A stretch of 64,000 nucleotides of DNA from Promethearchaeati archaeon SRVP18_Atabeyarchaeia-1 (GTDB taxonomy: Archaea > Asgardarchaeota > Atabeyarchaeia > Atabeyarchaeales > Atabeyarchaeaceae), in NCBI GenBank assembly GCA_037308085.1, contig CP147779.1:192001-256000 (forward strand), read 5' to 3'. Positions within the stretch are counted from its first letter, which is position 1. Every line of letters begins with the position of its first letter. Shown in pieces: positions 50,191 through 58,989 of this stretch. The notes beneath the pieces were generated by a model. The model was not told the DNA's origin. It searched no databases and was given only the letters and a program-made list of their open reading frames with translations. The position numbers and the translations under genes are program-made.

Positions 50191-50337
50191 GCAGATACGA
50201 CTTTGCCTGCTTTGGGGCATTGGGCAAACTCCATAAGTCGTTTGCGAATGAGTAATCCTCAAGGAGAGGCAAGGCAGTGGTTTTGAATGTGGCAAGTAAT
50301 GTGATTTGCAATGCTCTGACCTCAGGGGGTCGCTTGT

Positions 50338-50670
50338 TTGGCCGAAGACGAGGATATTGAAGAACTGAAGGAGAAAAGACTACGGCAGCTGCAGCAACAA
50401 ATAGTGGACGCTCGGAAGCAGGAGGAAGCGCGTAAGGAGTTTGAAGCTCAGAAACAATCCGCGCTTAGGCAGATCCTGACGGAAGAAGCAAGAAGCCGGC
50501 TGATGAATATCAAGATGGTCAAACCAGAATTCGCCGAACAACTAGAGATGCAATTGATCCAACTAGCTCAGTCTGGCAAGATATCAGCCCCACTAACGGA
50601 TCAACAGATGAAAGAGATCTTGGCGAAGCTGCAAAGCAAGAAAAGAGAATCCAAGATCTCATTTAGGTAG
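50338..50670 (+). CDS. PDCD5-like dsDNA-binding protein
   Basis: LRQILTEEARSRLMNIKMVKPEFA..LE.QLIQLAQSG. Confidence 0.93.
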   Translation: MAEDEDIEELKEKRLRQLQQQIVDARKQEEARKEFEAQKQSALRQILTEEARSRLMNIKMVKPEFAEQLEMQLIQLAQSGKISAPLTDQQMKEILAKLQSKKRESKISFR

Positions 50671-50794
50671 ATTCCGGGAAGGATCTGCTGAACTCGACAC
50701 TAGTAGGAATATTTAATTACGGATGAAGGCGTAAGTGAGAAATCATCTCCAAAGCGAGAGAGAAACGATAACCCAGGCAAAGGTGATGTCTAGC

Positions 50795-50999
50795 ATGGCG
50801 CGGAACAAACCGCTTGGAAAGAAATTGAGGTTGGGTCGTGCATTGAAGGAGAACAGGTCTGTCCCAACGTGGATTTCCCCTTGAACTCAGGTCGATGAGT
50901 GACTCAGTTTCAGAGGACCATTGAGTTGTGAAGACCAACAGGAAAGTCAGAACGCATCCTGGAAGGAGAAACTGGCGCAGTTCCAGTGTGAAACCTTAG
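50795..50999 (+). CDS. rpl39e: 50S ribosomal protein L39e, split by a 49-nt BHB intron: join(50795..50874,50924..50999)
   Basis: Spliced product [51 protein letters not shown] (51 aa), in the conserved position between PDCD5 and L31e; absent from the ORF track. Confidence 0.93.
50875..50923 (+). other. Predicted mRNA intron with an hBHBh' motif
   Basis: Outer helix CAAC/GTTG, central helix GTGG/CCAT, bulges AT^T and TG^A, inner helix TCC/GGA; contains an in-frame TGA and shifts the frame. Confidence 0.88.
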
Positions 51000-51008
51000 G
51001 CAAAGGAG

Positions 51009-51383
51009 ATGTGTCCCGAAATGTCATCTGAAAAGGGCAAGCGTGCCGAGAAAGCAGAGTTGGCAAAGGAAGAGGCAAAGCCAAAGTCTATGGTGCCTGG
51101 GGAAACAGAGAGTAAGCCCGTTGCACCTGAGCACATGGAAGAGAGGCTCTACACGGTTCCTTTGGGAAAAACCCGCTATGCGCCGTACTACAAGAGATCT
51201 ACCAGGGCAATCCGCCTGATCAGGATCTTCTTCACCCGACATATGAAAGCTGAGAGAGTTATCATCACTAAGGATCTGAATGAAGCGATCTGGGCTAATG
51301 GGATCAGAAATCCTCCGAGAAGAGTAAAGGTTCGCGCCACAAAAGACGATGAAGGGAACGTCACTGTATATCCCGTTGAGTGA
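51009..51383 (+). CDS. rpl31e: 50S ribosomal protein L31e (charged N-terminal extension)
   Basis: ERLYTVPL, KRSTRAIRLIR.F..RHMK, LNEAIWANGIRNPPRRVKV. Confidence 0.96.
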   Translation: MCPEMSSEKGKRAEKAELAKEEAKPKSMVPGETESKPVAPEHMEERLYTVPLGKTRYAPYYKRSTRAIRLIRIFFTRHMKAERVIITKDLNEAIWANGIRNPPRRVKVRATKDDEGNVTVYPVE

Positions 51384-51464
51384 AATCCAGACATAACCCC
51401 ATTTCTTCTGCTAAATGTATCTTCCTCAGTATTTACTTTCTTCCCGTTGGCGGTGAGACGGTAA

Positions 51465-52133
51465 TTGTCCGTTGAGCGACTTGACTTCTTAGGCAACCCG
51501 AGTATCGGCGTGTACTCGCTGGCGGGAGAGGCATGTATTCTAGTTCCGCTTGGCCTTCCAGCTAAAACCATGAGAATCATGGAGCGAGTGCTCAATGTCA
51601 AAGCCATTGAGGCGAAGATCTGCCAGACTACTCTGCTTGGAATAATGATCGTGGGAAATTCCAATTCGATGATCGTACCGTATCTAGCCTCAGATGACGA
51701 AATCGAGTTTCTACAGGGTTCTCTGGGCGTCAAAGTATCTAGGTTGACAACCAACCTGACAGCGTTAGGAAACATAATACTGGCGAACGACAACGGCGCG
51801 ATAGTCCACCCAAAGCTTAGGGAGATCACGATGAAGTCTATCGAATCCATCTTGGGAGTCAAAGTGGTAGCAGGGAGGATAGGCGGAACTGGTCTCGTAG
51901 GTTCTTCCGCAGTAGCCACGAATAAAGGTGCGCTTGCCAGTCCGCGTGCAACTGATGAGGAACTTGACAAGATCAGCGAGGTACTGGGCGTCCCGACAAG
52001 CGTCGGCAGCGTAAACCGAGGAGTCACATATGTCAGGTCTGGGCTTATAGTAAATTCCCATGGGGCAATCGCGGGACGAGAAACTACGGGTCCGGAGCTT
52101 GACAGGATAGAGGAAGCCTTCGAACTGATATGA
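51465..52133 (+). CDS. eif6: Translation initiation factor 6
   Basis: GNPSIGVY, TALGNIILAND, VGSSAVATNKG, GSVNRG, TTGPEL.RIEEA. Confidence 0.96.
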   Translation: MSVERLDFLGNPSIGVYSLAGEACILVPLGLPAKTMRIMERVLNVKAIEAKICQTTLLGIMIVGNSNSMIVPYLASDDEIEFLQGSLGVKVSRLTTNLTALGNIILANDNGAIVHPKLREITMKSIESILGVKVVAGRIGGTGLVGSSAVATNKGALASPRATDEELDKISEVLGVPTSVGSVNRGVTYVRSGLIVNSHGAIAGRETTGPELDRIEEAFELI

Positions 52134-52258
52134 CTCAAGTCGAGGGACTCCGGGAAGCCTTAAAAAGAGTTTATGTCACTTCCATCTGTAACCTTTGTTC
52201 AGACATGTTGCTATTCCTTCGAATGATCACAGATAGAATCTGGTAGGTAGAATAAGAC

Positions 52259-52453
52259 ATGGAAGTAAAGACCTATAACATCTCAGGCTTTTTCACAAAG
52301 GGCAGCGTTCGCCAGAGGTTCTCCACACAGGCTTGTGGCACCAAAAAGGAAGAAGCCATAGAAGGAGTATTGTCAGAGATTGGCGGAAGGTTCAAGGTCA
52401 AAAGAACCAAAGTTAACATCGAGAAAATCGAGGAAGCCAAACCAGATAAATAA
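52259..52453 (+). CDS. rpl18a: 50S ribosomal protein L18Ae/LX
   Basis: EEAIE.VLSEIGGRFKVKR..V.IEKIEE; conserved synteny. Confidence 0.88.
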   Translation: MEVKTYNISGFFTKGSVRQRFSTQACGTKKEEAIEGVLSEIGGRFKVKRTKVNIEKIEEAKPDK

Positions 52454-52522
52454 TGAACTACCTCAAGCATTTCGTTAACATGTGGGAAGAAAACCAGGTA
52501 CCATTCTGAGATTAACTGCTTA

Positions 52523-52981
52523 TTGAATAAGGTGGAGGTCTATTTTCGCTTGTCCGAGACTGAGGCGAAGTACCAGAAGCTCTTATCAGAACTAAGGTTG
52601 TCAGAAGATCAGTTGAGCGATGTGCAGTCTCGCCTTGAAATAATATCATCGCAGATACAAGAGCACATCAATGCAGGGGCGACAATGAACAACTTGAAAG
52701 ATGAGCAGGGGCGCGAAGCACTGATCCCAATCGGAGCCCAAGTCTACATTCGAGGATCCGTTAGTGACACGAGTAGGGTGCTGATCGGTCTTGGCGCGGG
52801 GATATCGGTTGAGAAGACCGTTGATTCGGCCAACGCTGAGCTCCAATCTAGAATTGCCAACATGCAGAAGATAATTGTAAGCCTTCGTGATGAATACGCA
52901 AAGCTTGCGGAGAAAGTCAGTACACTGCGAGCTCAACTCGGGGATACCGCCCAACAGATACTGAAAGACAGAGACAAATGA
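52523..52981 (+). CDS. pfdA: Prefoldin subunit alpha
   Basis: LIPIGAQVYIRG...VLIGLGAGISVEK between coiled coils. Confidence 0.93.
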   Translation: MNKVEVYFRLSETEAKYQKLLSELRLSEDQLSDVQSRLEIISSQIQEHINAGATMNNLKDEQGREALIPIGAQVYIRGSVSDTSRVLIGLGAGISVEKTVDSANAELQSRIANMQKIIVSLRDEYAKLAEKVSTLRAQLGDTAQQILKDRDK

Positions 52982-53164
52982 GCTGCTCTGGCGCTCACAG
53001 AAGCTCTCATTAGAAAGGATGGGTGTCGATTTGATACAAATTAGAGGTGAACCGCTAGCAGGCGGTCGCACAGTAACCTTTGTTCGCTAGTTCTTCCGGC
53101 GACGGAAAGCAAGCTTGGCTTGCGTTCGTCCATGAGTATCACTGCAGAAGGGGCTCAGAAGCCT

Positions 53165-54082
53165 ATGTTCGACAAATTGAAAGAGGCAGTCGGAAAGTTC
53201 GTCTCCTCGATAGGAAAGAAGGAGCTGAATGAGAAGAGGCTTGATGAGTCTCTTCAGGACTTACAAGTCATGTTGGTTGGGAATGATGTATCCCTGAAAG
53301 TTGCCGAAGCAATTTGTGAGGACGTGAAGAAGAAGCTGCTAGGCGGTAAGGTCAGCCTTCTTGAAAATGTCAGGAAGATCGTTCTCAAAGCCCTCAGTGA
53401 CACAATCACCGACATCCTAGATCAAGGCGGAAAGGTTGACATCATTAAGCTTGCAGATGAGAAGAAGAAAAAGGGAATGCCACTGATCATAATGGCCGTC
53501 GGAATCAACGGTACGGGAAAAACAATTACTATCTCCAAGCTCGCCTACTTGTTTAAGAAGAAAGGTCTTAGTTGTGTTTTGGCTGCTTCTGATACTTTCA
53601 GGGCTGGTAGCATAGAGCAGTTGGAGAAGCATGGTGAGGCAATTGGAGCGAGGGTAATCAAACATAGTTATGGTGCAGACGCTGCATCGGTGGCTTGGGA
53701 TGCGGTCGAACACGCACGAGCGCAACATGTGAATGTTGTTCTTATTGACACAGCGGGAAGAATGCAGACTAACAAAAACCTTCTTGATGAGATGGAAAAG
53801 ATTCATCGAGTCGTAAAACCAGATCTAGTGATTTTCATTGGTGATGCTCTCGCAGGTAACGACGCGGTCGAACAAGCAGATAAGTTTAACCAGAAGGTTC
53901 AGATTGACGGGAGTATTCTGACGAAGGTCGACGCGGATGTCAAAGGCGGTGCGGCCATCTCAATAACGTACGTGACGAAGCGACCAATACTCTTTGTCGG
54001 GGTGGGTCAGAGCTACGGGGATCTTGAGGCTTTTGAGCCAAAGTGGTTCGTTCAGAAGATATTTGGAGTAGGTCAGAAGTAG
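53165..54082 (+). CDS. ftsY: SRP receptor FtsY
   Basis: GINGTGKT, DTFRAGSIEQL, DTAGR, TKVD, GVGQSY.DL; likely start at MFDKLK. Confidence 0.97.
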   Translation: MFDKLKEAVGKFVSSIGKKELNEKRLDESLQDLQVMLVGNDVSLKVAEAICEDVKKKLLGGKVSLLENVRKIVLKALSDTITDILDQGGKVDIIKLADEKKKKGMPLIIMAVGINGTGKTITISKLAYLFKKKGLSCVLAASDTFRAGSIEQLEKHGEAIGARVIKHSYGADAASVAWDAVEHARAQHVNVVLIDTAGRMQTNKNLLDEMEKIHRVVKPDLVIFIGDALAGNDAVEQADKFNQKVQIDGSILTKVDADVKGGAAISITYVTKRPILFVGVGQSYGDLEAFEPKWFVQKIFGVGQK

Positions 54083-54278
54083 TGTGAAGTTATGTGGTGG
54101 CATCTACCATTATGCCTAGCCGTGAACTTGCTGACCTCAGAATTTCGATTCTGTGAAGTTGAATGAGAATCCTTTCCTGTTGTTTCGGGCTTAATAATTG
54201 GCGAAAAGTGATAGTCAGATTTAATTGAATATCTGTCGTTATTCTCGAACAATGCCCCAAAGAGGGGTCTGAGAGGTC

Positions 54279-55220
54279 GTGTTGGAATTGAACATGAAAG
54301 GCAGACATCTGTTAACCATGCAGGAGTTTAATCGGGAAGAGGTCCACCTTATCCTCGATCAGGCCTATGAATTCAAGAAGAGAAGATATGCTGGCGAGCA
54401 TCTAACAAATATCCTTCAGAACCGATCAATTGCAATGATATTTGAGAAGCCCTCAACCAGGACTCGGGTGAGCACAGAGGTCGCAGTAACAGAACTTGGC
54501 GGCAAATCATTATACCTGAGCGCAAACGATATCCAGCTTACCAGGGGAGAGACAATTGAGGACACTGCAAGGGTTTTGACAAGATATGTCAGTGGCATCG
54601 TGGCGAGACTTGGATCTCATGATACTATCCTTAAACTCGCTGAGAACTCTCGAGTACCAGTCATAAACGCGTTGACCCCAATGCATCACCCAATGCAGAT
54701 ACTTGCAGACTTAATGACAATCAAGGAGAAGAAGGGCAAACTAGAGGGGCTGAAACTAGCGTTTGTGGGAGATGGAAACAATATCTGCCATTCGCTCCTG
54801 ATTGGATGTAGCATAGTTGGCATGAACATAAGCGTTGGAACCCCCCGCGGATACGGACCCAGCCAAGAGATTGTCAAGGTTGCCCAGGACTACGCAGAAT
54901 CCAGCGGGTCAGATATTGCGGTCATAAATGATCCAGTGGAAGCAGTCAAAGATGCTGACGTAATCTATACTGACGTATTTGTATCCATGGGGCAAGAAGC
55001 AGAAGCCCAGGAACGTCTAAGAGCATTCCCACCCTTCCAAGTCAACAGGAAACTGACTTCGAATGCCAGCGAAGGATACATATTCCTGCATTGTCTACCT
55101 GCTCACCGAGGACAAGAGGTCGCAACTGACGTAATCGATGACCCAGAACATTCTGCCGTATGGGATGAGGCTGAGAATAGGCTACACGTTGCGAAGAGCA
55201 CCCTTGCCCTTCTGATATGA
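54279..55220 (+). CDS. argF: Ornithine carbamoyltransferase
   Basis: FEKPSTRTR, HPMQILAD, DVFVSMGQE, HCLP, AENRLH. Confidence 0.96.
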   Translation: MLELNMKGRHLLTMQEFNREEVHLILDQAYEFKKRRYAGEHLTNILQNRSIAMIFEKPSTRTRVSTEVAVTELGGKSLYLSANDIQLTRGETIEDTARVLTRYVSGIVARLGSHDTILKLAENSRVPVINALTPMHHPMQILADLMTIKEKKGKLEGLKLAFVGDGNNICHSLLIGCSIVGMNISVGTPRGYGPSQEIVKVAQDYAESSGSDIAVINDPVEAVKDADVIYTDVFVSMGQEAEAQERLRAFPPFQVNRKLTSNASEGYIFLHCLPAHRGQEVATDVIDDPEHSAVWDEAENRLHVAKSTLALLI

Positions 55221-55361
55221 GTCGGGCTAGACCTCCCATAATTTAAATATGCTAACTCCTCTAATACTGAATAATCAGCCTAGTTTCACGTGAACGTTCA
55301 TCAAGCCGGCGTAAAATGACCGGCTAAGAGCAGAAGAAATGAAGTAAAAGGTGATCATGTC

Positions 55362-55538
55362 GTGGTAAGTATAAGAGGATTCATTGCACAATCCAGACGG
55401 ATACTAGCACTAGCCAAGAAGCCGACTGGACACGAGGTAAGGCTTACAACGAGAGTATGCGCATTGGGAATGATACTCATAGGCCTTCTAGCCTTTGTGA
55501 TCCATCTTGTCTTCATCGTCATAGGCTTCCACCCATGA
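55362..55538 (+). CDS. secE: Protein translocase SecE/Sec61-gamma
   Basis: Manually read 58-aa ORF: RRILALAKKP...E...VCALGMILIGLLAFVIHL, upstream of spt5. Confidence 0.9.
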   Translation: MVSIRGFIAQSRRILALAKKPTGHEVRLTTRVCALGMILIGLLAFVIHLVFIVIGFHP

Positions 55539-55653
55539 AAAGCGAGCTCGCTAGTCCCAGAACCGACTTCGGCGAGGCTCGTCTCTGCCATGACATAGTG
55601 TGACGTGAAGATTCGATGTTATCCCGATCAGAGAGTAGGAGAACTGATGCTCT

Positions 55654-56178
55654 ATGCCAGAAAAAGGAGACGGCGAAACCACGGTCTTTGTAGTAAGAAC
55701 GACAATAGGACAAGAGAGCAATGTAGCAGCTCTTCTTGAGGCTCAGGCAACGAACCGGAAGCTCCCCATAAGGGCCATCTTGGTTCCTGATGGTGTCAAA
55801 GGCTATGTTTTTGTTGAAGCGTCTGAGCATCGAATTGTAGAGCAAGCAGTTTCAGGGATAGCCCACGTTAGAGGAGGAACAATTGGCAAGGTAACTGAGG
55901 AAGAGATAAATCGCTATCTGGTTCCAAAGAAACCGACAGAGGGTCTTGCCATCAGCGACATCGTCGAGATTACAGGTGGACCGTTCAAGGGTGAAAAAGC
56001 CCGCGTTGGGAAAATAGATGGCGAGAAAGAGGAGGTTGTGCTTGAACTCCTAGAAACGCCGTATAATCCTATACCGGTGAAAGTCAAAGCAGACTATGTG
56101 AGAATAGTAGAGAAAGGACAACCCACCAAAGAAAAGGCTGAGGAGGAAGAGGAAGAAGAGGAAGAAGGGTTTGCTTGA
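55654..56178 (+). CDS. spt5: Transcription elongation factor Spt5/NusG
   Basis: VRTTIGQE, KGYVFVEA, KOW motif VEITGGPFKGEKARV. Confidence 0.96.
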   Translation: MPEKGDGETTVFVVRTTIGQESNVAALLEAQATNRKLPIRAILVPDGVKGYVFVEASEHRIVEQAVSGIAHVRGGTIGKVTEEEINRYLVPKKPTEGLAISDIVEITGGPFKGEKARVGKIDGEKEEVVLELLETPYNPIPVKVKADYVRIVEKGQPTKEKAEEEEEEEEEGFA

Positions 56179-56353
56179 AGGTCCATGTGAGGCTCTGCTG
56201 CATTGGGGAAGTAACGAGCGAGATTCTCGCATGGGAAAACCTTTATTATTTCATTGCATAATGAACTACAGTACTTACGCCTATTATTCGTTTACTTGAA
56301 TTGGCTCCACGAAATGTCCTAGGAAAGCAACTACTATATCGATGTGATTAGGA

Positions 56354-56845
56354 ATGGGTAAGAAGGCTACTGTCAGCGCACTAGTCGAAGGCGGAAAAGC
56401 ATCCGCAGGTCCACCTATAGGGCCGGCATTGGGACCAACGGGCGTTAACCTATACCAGGTCGTCCAGAAGATTAATGAGACTACTAAGGATTTCGCAGGT
56501 CTCAGGGTTCCAGTGAAGATAACGGTCGACACGGAAACGAAGGCGTTCGATGTCGAAGTGGGGTTGCCTCCCACGTCCGCCCTGATCCTTCGCGAGGCGA
56601 AGCAACCAAAAGGTAGCGGGAAACCCGGAGAGCAGAAGGTAGCGGATCTAAGCTTTGACCAGATTGTTAAGGTGGCGAAAATAAAGAAGGACTCTCTTAT
56701 GACTACTGACATTAAGAGAGCTGTGAGGGCAGTCCTTGGAACCTGCATAAGTACAGGAGTGACTGTCGATGGCAAGGATTGCAGGGTTGTCCAGAAAGAG
56801 CTACTCGAGGGTAAGTACGATGATCAACTTTCAAAGGAAAGCTGA
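56354..56845 (+). CDS. rpl11: 50S ribosomal protein L11
   Basis: GGKASAGPPIGPALGP, PPTSALI, GTCISTGVTVDG. Confidence 0.97.
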   Translation: MGKKATVSALVEGGKASAGPPIGPALGPTGVNLYQVVQKINETTKDFAGLRVPVKITVDTETKAFDVEVGLPPTSALILREAKQPKGSGKPGEQKVADLSFDQIVKVAKIKKDSLMTTDIKRAVRAVLGTCISTGVTVDGKDCRVVQKELLEGKYDDQLSKES

Positions 56846-56921
56846 TGAAGCTTAACCTGTAACGATCAACATGGCTGACCATTAGAATTCTGGATCTAGT
56901 TTCTTGGGGGTAAATTGAAGG

Positions 56922-57569
56922 TTGCCAGCAATCGACAAGGAAGCCGTAAACAAAGCATTGAAGAAAATCAGAGAATCTGCGACAAAGAGAAAGTTCAAGC
57001 AGTCAATCGACTTGACTGTTAATCTAAAGGATGTCGATCCTTCTAAACCTGAATCCAAGATCAACCTTGAAGTACCTCTGCCTAAGCCAGTGCCAAAGCC
57101 TGTCAAGATCTGTGCACTCGTATACGGAGACACGGCAGTGAGGGCAAAAGAAGGCGGAGTCGACAAGGTGGTGGAACGTGAAGAGATCGAGTCTCTGGGA
57201 GCTGACAAGAAGAAGGCAAGGAAGCTTGCATCACAGTTTGACTTCTTCATAGCCCGATCCGACATGATGTCACTTATCGGCAAGAACTTGGGACCTGTCC
57301 TTGGACCCAGAGGAAAGATGCCTACGCCCGTATCACCAACTGCTAACTTGGCGCCAGTGATCGAGAGACTGAAACGAGTTGTTAAGCTCAAGATCGGCCG
57401 GGTTCCTAGCCTGCACATGAGAGTGGGCACAGAGACCATGAAGGATGAGGATATAACGGAGAATGTTCAAGCGGTGTTGGATGCTCTCATAGGCAAACTC
57501 GAAAGAGGTGACAGAAACATAAGGTCAGTCTACCTCAAGGAAACGATGGGACCATCAGTCAGGGTATAG
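56922..57569 (+). CDS. rpl1: 50S ribosomal protein L1
   Basis: RKFKQSIDL, LGPVLGPRGKMP, K.TMGP. Confidence 0.97.
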   Translation: MPAIDKEAVNKALKKIRESATKRKFKQSIDLTVNLKDVDPSKPESKINLEVPLPKPVPKPVKICALVYGDTAVRAKEGGVDKVVEREEIESLGADKKKARKLASQFDFFIARSDMMSLIGKNLGPVLGPRGKMPTPVSPTANLAPVIERLKRVVKLKIGRVPSLHMRVGTETMKDEDITENVQAVLDALIGKLERGDRNIRSVYLKETMGPSVRV

Positions 57570-57625
57570 ATTTGAGAAACGCTTATAATTGAAACGGAAA
57601 ATGATGTCAAGGGTAGTGATCGCCA

Positions 57626-58432
57626 ATGACTACGGCATCGAGAGATTCAAAGACACATCCAGTAAAGAAGACTCAGCAGGTGGCAGAGCTCACGGGTCTC
57701 ATAGAGCAGTCCAACGTAATCGGCATAGTTAAGATCAGCAACATAGGAACCAGACAGCTTCAAGGCATCAAACGTAGTCTAAGCGGACAGGCTGCAGTCA
57801 AAGTTGTTAAGAACACCCTAGTGAAAAAGGCAGCAGAGAATGTAGATGGTAAGAAGCATGGTATTGAGCTGCTGACACCTTTGTTAAGTGGGCAGAACGC
57901 CTTCATATTCACGAATATGAGCCCATACAAGCTCGCGATGATTTTCTCCAAGAGCAAAGTCAAGGCGCCAGCAAAAGCTGGTAGCATAGCTCTAAATGAT
58001 GTCGTAGTTCCGGCAGGGAACACCGGCTTCACCCCTGGTCCGATAATAAGCCAGCTAGGTGAAGTCAAGCTACCTACCCGTGTAGAGGGAGGATCCATCT
58101 GGATCACCCGAGATACTGTTGTCGCTGCAAAAGGCGAGAGAATATCTCAAACCCTAGCTATCATCCTTTCAAGGCTCGGAATAGAACCCTTTGAGGTTCA
58201 ACTTCGCCTAGCCTCGGCTTACGATAATGGGGAAATCTTGCCTGCTAGTGTGCTCGACCTAGATGAGGAAAAGATGGTCAATGAATTGCGTGAAGCGTAC
58301 AGATCTGCTATCAATCTGTCAGTCTACGCAGGCATAGTCAATTCCGACACAATAACAATGTTTCTAGCCAAGGGTGAAAGAGAAGCCACGGCGATACAAA
58401 AGATGATTGAGGGCAAGGCAGTAGCAAAATGA
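57626..58432 (+). CDS. rpl10: 50S ribosomal protein L10/P0 (short, no acidic tail)
   Basis: VVKNTL, APAKAG, PAGNTGFTPGP, L.RLGIEP. Confidence 0.95.
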   Translation: MTTASRDSKTHPVKKTQQVAELTGLIEQSNVIGIVKISNIGTRQLQGIKRSLSGQAAVKVVKNTLVKKAAENVDGKKHGIELLTPLLSGQNAFIFTNMSPYKLAMIFSKSKVKAPAKAGSIALNDVVVPAGNTGFTPGPIISQLGEVKLPTRVEGGSIWITRDTVVAAKGERISQTLAIILSRLGIEPFEVQLRLASAYDNGEILPASVLDLDEEKMVNELREAYRSAINLSVYAGIVNSDTITMFLAKGEREATAIQKMIEGKAVAK

Positions 58433-58471
58433 TGAAGTGACCGACATCGGCGGGCTATGGATCTGGACTGA
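58429..58471 (+). ncRNA. Candidate box C/D sRNA overlapping the rpl10 stop codon
   Basis: ATGATGA...CTGA; internal CCGACATCG is complementary to the conserved 23S PTC sequence CGAUGUCGG. Confidence 0.5.
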
Positions 58472-58588
58472 CAGAAGCCAGCGCATCATGATTTCGACCT
58501 TCCCTCCAAAAAACTTTAAATATGAACCGTCTAATCATTCTGCATAAGTTAGCGTCTCTGTTTGAAAGTCAATAAGGTGAAGTTCAGC

Positions 58589-58876
58589 ATGGAAAGCATC
58601 TACGCATCGTTACTCCTGCACAAAGCCGGACAGAAGGTCACAGAAGACAAGATAGAGAAGATACTGCAAGCGGCAGGCGTGAATTTCGACAAAGCAAAGA
58701 TCAAGGCCACTGTAGCAGCATTGGAAGGCATCAATATTGAGGAAGCAGTGAAGACGGCAGCGATCGCGGCGGTTGCAGCACCAGAAGCAGGAACACACAA
58801 GAAGGAAGAAAAGAAGAAAGAGGAAGAGAAAAAAGAAGAAGAAGCGGTTGCTGGGCTATCGGCTCTTTTCGGCTAG
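58589..58876 (+). CDS. rpl12: 50S ribosomal protein L12/P1
   Basis: [11 protein letters not shown]...ILQAAGV...[19 protein letters not shown]. Confidence 0.97.
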   Translation: MESIYASLLLHKAGQKVTEDKIEKILQAAGVNFDKAKIKATVAALEGINIEEAVKTAAIAAVAAPEAGTHKKEEKKKEEEKKEEEAVAGLSALFG

Positions 58877-58989
58877 GATGAATATCTCGAGCCCAGAAAG
58901 TGCGTCATTCTTGGCGCCGAGTATCGGTTGCCAGAATTCATTTCTTCTGTAACTATTGCCACAACTTGGCAGGATCCCGACACTCAAGT

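Noticed and set aside
50882-50884. In-frame TGA in rpl39e read as selenocysteine
   Set aside because: Readthrough does not recover the C-terminal half, which is in another frame (the 49-nt insert is not a multiple of 3). Splicing explains it exactly.
50717-52138. Minus-strand ORFs 50717-50938, 51024-51242 and 51188-52138
   Set aside because: Antisense shadows of rpl39e, rpl31e and eif6.
52188-53085. Identical 13-mer GTAACCTTTGTTC upstream of rpl18a (52188-52200) and ftsY (53073-53085)
   Set aside because: Only two copies; a 13-mer match is not clearly above chance in 64 kb.
55598-55632. TGTTATCCC antisense to 23S GGGAUAACA as a C/D guide
   Set aside because: The flanking C and D boxes are too degenerate, and a 9-nt match alone is insufficient.
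58430-58470. TGA-TGA at the end of rpl10 (and rpl11) as Sec readthrough
   Set aside because: The downstream frame encodes nothing resembling the missing tail, no SECIS is evident, and L11 is already full length.
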